Origin: an uncultured Acidobacteriota bacterium
Lineage (GTDB): Bacteria; Acidobacteriota; Thermoanaerobaculia; Multivoradales; SZUA-115
DNA length: 64,000 bases
Reading direction: 5' to 3'
Assembly: GCA_963805975.1 (NCBI GenBank)
Contig: CAWDVR010000001.1
Location: 1,440,001-1,504,000, forward strand
Of this stretch, positions 37,858 to 46,224 are shown piece by piece (within the stretch, counting starts at the first letter, position 1; each line of letters starts with the position of its first letter). The notes under the pieces are model-generated. The model had not been told where the DNA came from and did not search any database. It saw only the letters and a program-made list of their open reading frames with translations. The position numbers and the translations under genes are program-made.

Positions 37858-40595
37858 CCTCCCAGGAATCTCGGCCCGGCCGCGCCTTCGCCTTCCTCGT
37901 GGGCCTCGCCGGGGTGCTGCCGGGCTGCGGGCCCGGACCAGGGCCCGCGCCGCAGGTGGAGTATGCGCGTTGCTGGGCCGTGGACCTGCCCGGCCCGGTT
38001 TGCGTGCTCTACCCTGATCGCCAGCTCAAGCTGTGGGTCGAGGCTGACCCTCGCGACAGCGTCGAGATCGAGGCCGGGGGCGAGCGCCTGCCAGCCACGG
38101 GCGAGGAAGTGGGGGGCGGCCGGCGTTACCTGCTGGAAGCTCCACCGGCGGCCACCACGCTCAACATCCGCCTGCACCGACCGGACGGCAGAGCGAGCGC
38201 GGCCTGGTCGCTGGCGCTCGCCGAGCCGGAGGCGCCGGCGTGGTTTGGCGAGATTCAAGGGCTTCTCGCGGCCGGCAAGACGGACGAGGCCCGGAGGGTG
38301 CTTGCTCCGCTGCGAGAGTCGGCGCCCGCTCGGCAGCAGGGACTGGTTCTGCAACTGCTGGCGCTGGCGGCCCTCTCCGCCGGAGACAAAGAAGGCGCCC
38401 TGGCCCATTTCGAGAGTGCCAAGGCAGCGGACCATGCCCGCCACCGGTTGAGCGGCGAGGCCCGGAACGCGGCCCTGCTAGCCCGGCTGCAACTGGAGAA
38501 TGGCCGCTTCAGAGAGGCTCGTCAGAACCTGGGCGGCCTGTTGCTGACCGAGCCGGCACCGGCCGATGCGAAGGTTCTCGCGGCCTACTACGAGGGCCTC
38601 CTGGCGGACCAAGTGGGTGACTCCCGCCGGGCCTTGCAGCAGCTCCGAGAGGCTGCCGACCTGGCCGACCGAACCGGTCTCCTCCACTATCGCTGGCAGA
38701 CCGAGCTGACCCTGGCCCGGCTGCTCCGGGACCTCGGGCGCTCGCAGAGCGCGGAGGAGATCTTCGTGCGGCTTGCGGCGAACCCCCATTTCGAGACGCC
38801 TTGCGACCGTGGGGTCCTGCTCCAGAACTGGTCCTGGTCGCGGCTGATCGGTCGCGAGGGAGGCGAGGAGGCCATGGACCCGACCGCGATGCTGGAGGAA
38901 GCCCTCGCGTTCTTCGACCGTAACTCCTGCGCTCGTCCGGAGCAACGCCTCAACGCTCGTCTGAACCTCGCGCTCGCTCAGCAGCAGGCCGGCCGCTGGC
39001 GTGAGGCGCGCCGGCTGCTCGCCGAGGCACTGCCGCTGGCGGACCATGCGACCCTGCGCCAGCGCCTGTGGTGGCAGGATCTCGACGGCCGGGCAGCCAT
39101 CGCCGAAGGCCAACCGGCGCGTGCCCTGCGCCTCTACCAGGCCCTCCAAGAGATAGCGGAGCAGTCCCTCTCGCGCGAAGGGAGCTTCCGGGCCTGCTTC
39201 GGCCGGGCCCGGGCGGAGCTCGCTCGGGGTCGCCGCGGTGCCGCCCTTGCCACCCTCGTGGAGGCGGATCGGCTCAGCGAGGAGCAGGTCTGGCAGATCC
39301 CGCTCCACGAGGGGCGCGACACTTTTCTTGCCATGCGCGAAGCCGCCACGCGGCTCCACCTGGAGCTCTTGCTGGCGGCCGGGCGGCACGAACAGGCCTT
39401 TGCCCTGGCGAGGCGTTCCCGCTCGCGACTGCTCCGGCAACTGATGGTGCGGGATCGCCTCGCCCAGCTCACCGCGGGAGAGCAGGAGGAATGGGACCGG
39501 GCGTTGTCCGACTACCAGGCCTTGCGGGCCGAGATCGACCGCGAGGCTGCAGCGGCCTGGCAGCTGCCGAAAGATCAGGTCCGGCGAGCCGGCGAGGGCC
39601 GGGCCGCGCAGCTCGCGGGGGCCCTCGCGGAGCTCGACCGGGCCGTGGCCGGCCTGGGAGATCTCGCGCCGGGCGGCGAGGGGGCGCTCGCCCCGCCGCG
39701 GCCGGGTGAGCTGATCCTGGCCTACCACCCCTTGCCCGGGGGTTGGGTAGGCTTCGCTGCCCACCCCGGCGCGGTCGAGGTGCACCGCTTCGAGCTGTCG
39801 CGGGAAGAGCTCGCCCATCCCGCGGCTCTGGCCCTGAGGCTGCTCGAGCCCTTCCGCTCGGCGATCGCGCAGGCCGAACGGCTGCGGGTGCTGGCCTACG
39901 GTGATCTGAGGCCGATCGACTTCCACGCCCTGCCTTTCGCCGGTGAGCCCCTCCTCGCTCGGCTTCCCGTGATCTTCGGGCTCGATCTACCCACCCGCAG
40001 CGCCGCCGGCCGCGAGGGCCCGCGGATCGCCCTCCTGGTCACCGACCCGGAAGGCAACCTGCCGGCGGCACGGCAGGAGGCCGCCCAAGTCGCCGCGAGA
40101 ATCGACGGTTGGGGCCCGGCGTGGGACCTCCGACGCCTCGACCGCCAGGCTGCCAGCGCCGGGGCACTGCGCGCCGCGCTTCCTCGAGCCGAGCTCTTCC
40201 ACTACGCCGGTCACGGGGCCTTCGCGGGCTTCGCCGGCTGGGACAGCGTTCTGCGGCTGGCAGACAGCTCGCGGCTGACTCCCGCAGACATCCTGATCCT
40301 GCCCCAGGCCCCCGCCTGGGCCGTCCTCTCTGCCTGCGAAGCGGGGCGATCGTCCGGGGAGGCCCCGGGTGAAGGAATTGGCCTGGCGCAGGCGTTCCTG
40401 CTGGCCGGCACGCGAGCGGTGGTCGCGGCCACCCGCCCGGTGACGGACCGTGCCGCTCGCGACCTGCTGGGAGAGCTCTACCGCGACTGGAAGCCCGGTG
40501 AGGATCTGGCGCAGGCGCTCCGGGCGGCCCAGCTCGCTTGCCGGCGGCAGGACCCGGCCGCTGACTGGGCGAGCTTCCGACTGCTCGAACCTTGA
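37854..40595 (+). CDS. TPR-CHAT (caspase-like) protease, probable lipoprotein
   Basis: GTGA overlap; FAFLVGLAGVLPGC lipobox-like; TPR-like helices; FHYAGHG and VLSACE dyad; GLAQAFLLAG; WASF. Confidence 0.88.
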   Translation: MTSQESRPGRAFAFLVGLAGVLPGCGPGPGPAPQVEYARCWAVDLPGPVCVLYPDRQLKLWVEADPRDSVEIEAGGERLPATGEEVGGGRRYLLEAPPAATTLNIRLHRPDGRASAAWSLALAEPEAPAWFGEIQGLLAAGKTDEARRVLAPLRESAPARQQGLVLQLLALAALSAGDKEGALAHFESAKAADHARHRLSGEARNAALLARLQLENGRFREARQNLGGLLLTEPAPADAKVLAAYYEGLLADQVGDSRRALQQLREAADLADRTGLLHYRWQTELTLARLLRDLGRSQSAEEIFVRLAANPHFETPCDRGVLLQNWSWSRLIGREGGEEAMDPTAMLEEALAFFDRNSCARPEQRLNARLNLALAQQQAGRWREARRLLAEALPLADHATLRQRLWWQDLDGRAAIAEGQPARALRLYQALQEIAEQSLSREGSFRACFGRARAELARGRRGAALATLVEADRLSEEQVWQIPLHEGRDTFLAMREAATRLHLELLLAAGRHEQAFALARRSRSRLLRQLMVRDRLAQLTAGEQEEWDRALSDYQALRAEIDREAAAAWQLPKDQVRRAGEGRAAQLAGALAELDRAVAGLGDLAPGGEGALAPPRPGELILAYHPLPGGWVGFAAHPGAVEVHRFELSREELAHPAALALRLLEPFRSAIAQAERLRVLAYGDLRPIDFHALPFAGEPLLARLPVIFGLDLPTRSAAGREGPRIALLVTDPEGNLPAARQEAAQVAARIDGWGPAWDLRRLDRQAASAGALRAALPRAELFHYAGHGAFAGFAGWDSVLRLADSSRLTPADILILPQAPAWAVLSACEAGRSSGEAPGEGIGLAQAFLLAGTRAVVAATRPVTDRAARDLLGELYRDWKPGEDLAQALRAAQLACRRQDPAADWASFRLLEP

Positions 40596-40612
40596 GAGAC
40601 AGCCGGGCCTGC

Positions 40613-40639
40613 TGTCAGAAACCTCCGCTTCGCCGCGAA
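40613..40639 (+). promoter_or_regulatory. Putative ECF promoter TGTCAG-N16-GCGAA (copy 2)
   Basis: Intergenic, upstream of the S8 protease gene. Confidence 0.72.
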
Positions 40640-40726
40640 GGCCCTCCTGGGTAGCGGCAATCGATCCACGCGGGGCTCACCCCACCACGGGGCGACCTTT
40701 CTCGCCGCGCCTGGGAGAGATGTCCT

Positions 40727-42871
40727 ATGAAATCCGGAAGCCTTTGTGTCGTAGCCCTGATCGGATTGGTGTGGGCCGCCGCCGGGCATGCGGCTTCGGT
40801 GTCGATCCCACCCGAAGGCGAAGCCGACTACCCGCAAACGCCGGTCGTGGTGCCACAGACGAGTCGGTCGATCGATCCCAAGAGCGCCATCGCGCACTGG
40901 CGGCAGATCGGCCTGCGGAGCAAGGCCACGGACCGGTGCCCAACGGTGGATGGTTGGGCCGTCGAGAGCCTGCTGAGCCGAGCTCTCTCCTCGACGAACT
41001 GTGGGCCCGAGACCCTCGACCCCCAAGGCCCGTCCGAGGCCGCGCTCCGCGAGGAGCTGACAGACCTCGCCTTGCTGCGAAAGCTTGGGCTGGATCGGAT
41101 CTGCCTCTACACCGCCGACCCGCGCAACATTCCAGCCTTCAAGAAGGACGGCAAGCTGCCCGCCGACCTGGTGGCAGCGGCACCAGATCGCATGGCCCTG
41201 GCGCCAGCCGCGACGCCGGAAGCTTCGCTCGGCACGCTGGCCTTGGAGAGCTGGCAGATCCTGCGCACCCATTTCCTGGAGCAGGCTGGCAACACCTTCG
41301 ATCCCGCCAACCGGCTGCGCTTCACCGGCAAGCCGAGCGTCCGCCTGGTCTTCCTCGATACCCATCCAACCGGCGAGCGTGTACCGAGCGGTCCCGGTCG
41401 CTCGTTTCACGGCTACACCCTGGCCCACTTGGCCAACCAACTCATTTGCGGTGGCGAAGCCGGCTGTGCGGTCGAGATCGATACCCGCCTCGCAATGCCC
41501 TATGTGAACTTCGATGAATCGTCCGCCGACGAGGAGAGAGGAGGAAAGATGGGCCTGGTGGCCAACCTCTCTGCGGCGATCCTCGAGGAGGTTTGGCAGT
41601 GGCGGCGGGATCGCGACCCTGACCGGCCAAAGCACCTGGTGCTCAACCTGTCGTTGGGTTGGGATGGCGAGCTCTTCGGCGATCTCAACGCGCAGACCGT
41701 CTCCAGGCTCGAACCGGGGGTCAGGGCGGTCTACGACGCGCTGACCTTCGCCCGCGACCTCGGAGTGCTGGTGGTTGCCGCCGCCGGCAACGAGCGCGGG
41801 GGGCCGGCGAAGCCCTCCAGCCCCCTGTTTCCCGCCGTCTGGGAGCTGCATAGGCCAGCCAGTGGGCCATTCGCTTCTTGCAGAAAACCGATCTACGCCG
41901 TCGGCGGAGTGGACTGGCAAGGGCTGCCGGTGGCCAACGCCCGCACTGATGGCAAACCACGGCGTTCCGCCTACGCGGATCACGCCGTGACCGGCACCGA
42001 AGCCAGAGGAGCCGAGAGTCCTACGTGGATCTACACCGGAACCTCGGTGGGGGCCGCCGTCACCTCGTCGATCGCCGCCGCCGTCTGGCACCTGCGCCCG
42101 GAGCTGGGCCCAGGCCAGGTAATGAGGTTGATCGACCGCTCCGGAGAATCCCTGGAGGCGCGTGCCGACTTCTACCCCTGGCAGCGGAATCCGCTACTGC
42201 GCTGGATCCGAGGCGAACCGCGGCTCCGCCGGGTGTCTCTCTGCCGCGCGACCGCTCTCGCCCGGGGCCGAGGGCCGGAGTGCTTCTGCCCCAAGTGGAG
42301 ACGCGAGCCGCCGGTGCTGGCGCGCCCGATGCCTCCCCCAGCGACCGATTTCGTGGAGAGCGACCCGGAAGCCTATGGTCAGCGCTGCACGTCCACCAGA
42401 CGGCTGATGGTCAACGACAACCTCCTGCCAAAGGAGATCTGCCCGGCGGAGAGATTCGGCGACATCGCCAGTCAGCGCTGGACCTTTCCCCAGCCCGAGG
42501 ACAACCCCTGCATGGGCTGCGCGCTGATCCCGCCGCGAGAAACCGCCACCTTTCCGGAGCCCGAGGGCCCTCCGCCTTACACCCTGCAGATGGCCCTTCG
42601 TCCTGGGTGGCGCGACGAGGGCGCCGAGATCCTCGCCGCCACCCTCGACATCGAGCGTTTCGAGGGCGACCGGATGACCTACGTGATTTCTCAGGAACAT
42701 ATCGATAGGCTCAATGATCGAGACCCAATCCCGACCGGGACCAGCATCCAGCTTCTATTCAGCTTGGCCGACCGCGGGTCGCTCTGGGGCTGCACGGCCC
42801 GGCTCAACTTCAAGGTGAGGCGCGGCGACGAGGTCACATCGATCATCGACCCGGTGATCGTGGACCCCTAG
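40727..42871 (+). CDS. Secreted divergent S8 family serine protease, Cys-rich C-terminal region
   Basis: Signal peptide; FLDT, FHGYT, LNLSLGW, AAAGN, TGTSVGAA catalytic motifs. Confidence 0.82.
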   Translation: MKSGSLCVVALIGLVWAAAGHAASVSIPPEGEADYPQTPVVVPQTSRSIDPKSAIAHWRQIGLRSKATDRCPTVDGWAVESLLSRALSSTNCGPETLDPQGPSEAALREELTDLALLRKLGLDRICLYTADPRNIPAFKKDGKLPADLVAAAPDRMALAPAATPEASLGTLALESWQILRTHFLEQAGNTFDPANRLRFTGKPSVRLVFLDTHPTGERVPSGPGRSFHGYTLAHLANQLICGGEAGCAVEIDTRLAMPYVNFDESSADEERGGKMGLVANLSAAILEEVWQWRRDRDPDRPKHLVLNLSLGWDGELFGDLNAQTVSRLEPGVRAVYDALTFARDLGVLVVAAAGNERGGPAKPSSPLFPAVWELHRPASGPFASCRKPIYAVGGVDWQGLPVANARTDGKPRRSAYADHAVTGTEARGAESPTWIYTGTSVGAAVTSSIAAAVWHLRPELGPGQVMRLIDRSGESLEARADFYPWQRNPLLRWIRGEPRLRRVSLCRATALARGRGPECFCPKWRREPPVLARPMPPPATDFVESDPEAYGQRCTSTRRLMVNDNLLPKEICPAERFGDIASQRWTFPQPEDNPCMGCALIPPRETATFPEPEGPPPYTLQMALRPGWRDEGAEILAATLDIERFEGDRMTYVISQEHIDRLNDRDPIPTGTSIQLLFSLADRGSLWGCTARLNFKVRRGDEVTSIIDPVIVDP

Positions 42872-42893
42872 CGGAATCTCTACGTCTCGCCTC

Positions 42894-42931
42894 ACGCTGC
42901 CGGCCGGGGTCGAGCCCTCGGCCGGCAGCGT
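42894..42931. terminator. Hairpin between the convergent S8 and small peptide genes
   Basis: ACGCTGCCGGCCG / CGGCCGGCAGCGT perfect 13-bp stem. Confidence 0.65.
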
Positions 42932-43195
42932 TCACTGCTCGAGCTCTTCATGGGGCGAGACGGCATACGCTTCGTCGTCTCCGCCGGGCACCAACGTGCA
43001 ACCCATGCACGGGTTGTTCGCGGGCTTGTCCCACGCCCGTACTAACCACCGCTGTAGGAGCTCCCAGAGAGCGCCGACCCCGAAGACCGTTTTCGCCCCA
43101 CCACGCACCGGCGCCGCCCCCGCAAGGGACGATCCCGACAGCATGGCAAGGGCTACCACCACGACCACCGCGAAGCGCAGCTCACGTCGTGCCAT
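42932..43195 (-). CDS. Small secreted protein (87 aa) with PANNPCMGCTLVP motif
   Basis: GGAGG RBS, Sec-type signal peptide, amphipathic LWELLQRWLVRAW helix, motif shared with the adjacent S8 protease. Confidence 0.75.
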   Translation of the reverse strand: MARRELRFAVVVVVALAMLSGSSLAGAAPVRGGAKTVFGVGALWELLQRWLVRAWDKPANNPCMGCTLVPGGDDEAYAVSPHEELEQ

Positions 43196-43284
43196 GCCGT
43201 CCTCCGTTCGCTTGCAAGCCCCGCCGGCCACCGTCGGTCGAGTCGGTTCCGGTACTCTAACCCGCGGGCGGTTCACGGTTCTGC

Positions 43285-43311
43285 TGTCAGAAATCCCCCG
43301 CGGCCAGCGAA
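43285..43311 (+). promoter_or_regulatory. Putative ECF promoter TGTCAG-N16-GCGAA (copy 3)
   Basis: Same motif and spacing as copies 1 and 2. Confidence 0.68.
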
Positions 43312-43374
43312 GTGCTCTGTATCGAGGCCGGAAGACAGGATCTCCCTGTTTTCACGAGCACGGAGTACTTCATC

Positions 43375-43464
43375 ATGGCAAACGAACGGAGCTTGCGTCG
43401 TCGGGAAAAGCAAGCGATCTACAGCCTCGTAGCGACTTCACAGTGGCCGGGAGAGTGGAGCTGA
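43375..43464 (+). CDS. Possible 29-aa small ORF (MANERSLRRREKQAIYSLVATSQWPGEWS)
   Basis: GGAG 9 nt before ATG; downstream of promoter copy 3. Confidence 0.3.
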   Translation: MANERSLRRREKQAIYSLVATSQWPGEWS

Positions 43465-43479
43465 GGGGCCCGAAAGGGG

Positions 43480-44361
43480 TCAGGCGAGGAGCACCAGCGC
43501 CACGCCCACGGCCATCAGCAATGCCGCCACCAGCTTGCTCGCCGTCACCGGCTCGCCGAAGGCGAGGCGACCGAAGACCACCGCCAGCAGATTGCCCACA
43601 CCACGCTTGACGGTCTCGATCACGCTCACCCAGAGCACCGAGAGGGCCGCGATCTGGAGCGCCAGCGCCGAGAACCCCACCAGCACGCCCGTGGCGAGCA
43701 AACCGGGAGCCGAGCGGGCGGCACCGAGCGAGCCGAGACGGCCGCGTAGGGCGAGCAGCGCGAGGGCCGGCAGAGCGATTCCCAGATTGAGCAACGTGCC
43801 GTGTGTCGGCCCGTTCGCGCGCTCGATCGCCAGCTTGTCGAAGCCGATGGCCACCGCCCACAGGAGCGCCACCGCCAGCATCAGCAGCACTCCGCGCTGC
43901 TCGGCCCCGCGCTGCTTCAGCCACGCGAGGCCCGAGCCCGGCGTGCTGGTCAGCGCGAGCGCGCCCGCCACCACCAGCAGCGTGCCGGCGACCTTCGGCC
44001 AGCCCGGCGCCTCGCCCAGAACGAGCGCGGCGAAGAGCGTGGCGAAGACCGGCGTGAAGCTCAAGAGCGGCACCGTGGTCGAGAGCGGCGCGGCCCGAAC
44101 CGACGCGAAGTAGGCAAGGTTGGCCAGTAGGTTGAGCCCGACCGAGCCCAGGGCCGGCAGCCAGTAGGAGCTCGCCGGCGTCGCGAAGCCGCCGGCGAGG
44201 CCCCAGAGCGCGAAGAGCGGCACGTTGGCGGCCGTCATCCAGGCGAGGAGCGGCAGCGGCTCGATCTTCCCCACCAGCAGCTTGCGCAGCAGGTCGAGGC
44301 AGCTCCAGCCCAACGCCGAGGCAAGGAGCGCCGCGACCGACAGGGTCACGATCCCGGTCAT
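43480..44361 (-). CDS. EamA/DMT family transporter
   Basis: About ten TM segments; PLSTTVPLLSFTPVF, LGE, FGE repeats. Confidence 0.85.
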   Translation of the reverse strand: MTGIVTLSVAALLASALGWSCLDLLRKLLVGKIEPLPLLAWMTAANVPLFALWGLAGGFATPASSYWLPALGSVGLNLLANLAYFASVRAAPLSTTVPLLSFTPVFATLFAALVLGEAPGWPKVAGTLLVVAGALALTSTPGSGLAWLKQRGAEQRGVLLMLAVALLWAVAIGFDKLAIERANGPTHGTLLNLGIALPALALLALRGRLGSLGAARSAPGLLATGVLVGFSALALQIAALSVLWVSVIETVKRGVGNLLAVVFGRLAFGEPVTASKLVAALLMAVGVALVLLA

Positions 44362-44437
44362 GATGGCGGGCAGCCTATCCCACGCGGAGGCTTCCGGCCG
44401 GCTGCTACACTCCTCCCCCCATGAGACTGGTCCCGCC

Positions 44438-46201
44438 ATGAGACTGGCTCCCGAATTCGTCGCCGACATCCTCGCCCGCCAGGGCAAGGTCACCGCCGAG
44501 CAGGCGTTCGAGATCAAGAAGGAGGCCAAGCTCCTTCCCAACCGCGTCAAGTCGCAGCAGACCTTCGAGCAGACCTCGGTCGCCTACGACCTGATCCAGG
44601 GCCTGCGCCTGCCGGTGCTCGACCGGCCGGGAGGCTTCGTCAACGAGGTGGACATCGGCGAGGCCATCGCCAGGGACGCCGGCCTCGGCTACGTGCGCAT
44701 CGACACTCTGACGCTCAACGCGGACCTCATCGAGTCGAAGATGTCGCGCCCCTTCGCGCGGCGCCACCGCATGCTGCCGCTGGAGTTCGCCAACGGCAAG
44801 CTCAAGGTGGCCTGCGCCAACCCCTTCGACCTCGAGGGCATCGATCAGTTCCGCCGCATCGCCGGCCGCGACATCGAGCTCATGGTGGCGTCCGAGCCCG
44901 AGGTGCTGAAGGCGATCACCGAGTTCTACGGCCTGCGCCACTCGGTGAAAAAGGCCGAGCGCGACCTGGTCTCCGGCATCGACATCAGCAACCTCGAGCA
45001 GCTCGTCTCGATGAAGAGCGAGACCGAGATCGAGTCCTCCGACCAGCACGTCGTCAACGCCGTGGAGTTCATGCTCCAGCACGCCTACGACAGCCGGGCG
45101 AGCGACATCCACGTCGAGCCCAAGCGTGAGGACAGCCTGATCCGCTTCCGCATCGACGGCGTGCTGCACGACATCCAGAAGATGCCGAAGGTGGTGCACC
45201 GGGCCGTGGTCTCGCGCATCAAGACCATGGCGCGGCTCGACATCGCCGAGAAGCGCCGGCCGCAGGACGGCCGCATCAAGACCAGCCGCGGCGGGCGCGA
45301 GATCGAGCTCCGCATCTCGACCCTGCCGGTCGCCTTCGGCGAGAAGCTGGTGATGCGCATCTTCGACCCCGAGGTCCTGATGCAGGACCTGACGGGCCTC
45401 GGTTTCTACGCCGACGAGCTCGCCACCTTCCAGGACTTCATCCGCCGGCCGCACGGCATCGTCCTGGTCACCGGCCCCACCGGCTCGGGCAAGACCACCA
45501 CGCTCTACTCGGCGCTCAAGGCGATCTCCAACCACGAGCAGAACATCACCACCATCGAAGACCCGATCGAGATGATCTATGAGGAGTTCAACCAGACGGC
45601 GGTGCACGCCAAGATCGACGTCACCTTCGCCAACGCGCTGCGCCACATCCTGCGCCAGGACCCGGACATCATCATGGTCGGCGAGATCCGCGACCACGAG
45701 ACCGCCCACTACACCGTGCAGGCGGCCTTGACCGGCCACCTGGTCTTCTCCACCCTGCACACCAACGACGCCGCGTCCTCGATCACCCGCCTCGCCGACC
45801 TCGGCATCGAGCGCTTCCTCATCACCTCGACGCTGATCGGCACCATGGCGCAGCGCCTGGTGCGGAAGATCTGCCCGCACTGCGCCGTCGAGCGCTCGCT
45901 GACCGCCGAAGAGGCCCAGAGCCTGCGCCTCGCCGTGCCGGCGGGCAAGCGGGTGAAGGTGAAAGAGGGCGCCGGCTGCTTCGAGTGCCGCTCGACCGGC
46001 TACCTCGGCCGCACCGGCATCTTCGAGATCCTGCCGCTCGACGACGCCATCAAGCCCCTGGTCCAGGAAGCCGCCGACGCGCCCCGCATCAAACGCGAGG
46101 CGGTCAAGAACGGCATGCGCACTCTCCGCCAGTCCGCTCTCCGCAAGCTCGCCGAGGGCCAGACCAGCTTCGAGGAAGTGGTGCGGGTGACGGCGCTGTA
46201 G
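44438..46201 (+). CDS. GspE/PilB family secretion ATPase
   Basis: ASDIHVEP, RFRIDG, GPTGSGKTTT, EDPIE, LRQDPD, TGHLVFSTLHTN, CxxC pairs. Confidence 0.94.
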   Translation: MRLAPEFVADILARQGKVTAEQAFEIKKEAKLLPNRVKSQQTFEQTSVAYDLIQGLRLPVLDRPGGFVNEVDIGEAIARDAGLGYVRIDTLTLNADLIESKMSRPFARRHRMLPLEFANGKLKVACANPFDLEGIDQFRRIAGRDIELMVASEPEVLKAITEFYGLRHSVKKAERDLVSGIDISNLEQLVSMKSETEIESSDQHVVNAVEFMLQHAYDSRASDIHVEPKREDSLIRFRIDGVLHDIQKMPKVVHRAVVSRIKTMARLDIAEKRRPQDGRIKTSRGGREIELRISTLPVAFGEKLVMRIFDPEVLMQDLTGLGFYADELATFQDFIRRPHGIVLVTGPTGSGKTTTLYSALKAISNHEQNITTIEDPIEMIYEEFNQTAVHAKIDVTFANALRHILRQDPDIIMVGEIRDHETAHYTVQAALTGHLVFSTLHTNDAASSITRLADLGIERFLITSTLIGTMAQRLVRKICPHCAVERSLTAEEAQSLRLAVPAGKRVKVKEGAGCFECRSTGYLGRTGIFEILPLDDAIKPLVQEAADAPRIKREAVKNGMRTLRQSALRKLAEGQTSFEEVVRVTAL

Positions 46202-46224
46202 CTTCCGGCTCGAACGCCTTGCAC

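Noticed and set aside
36392-40595. Type III-E CRISPR (Craspase) locus, because of TPR-CHAT plus ECF sigma
   Set aside because: No repeat-spacer array and no Cas7-11-like gene in the window; the CHAT protein looks exported.
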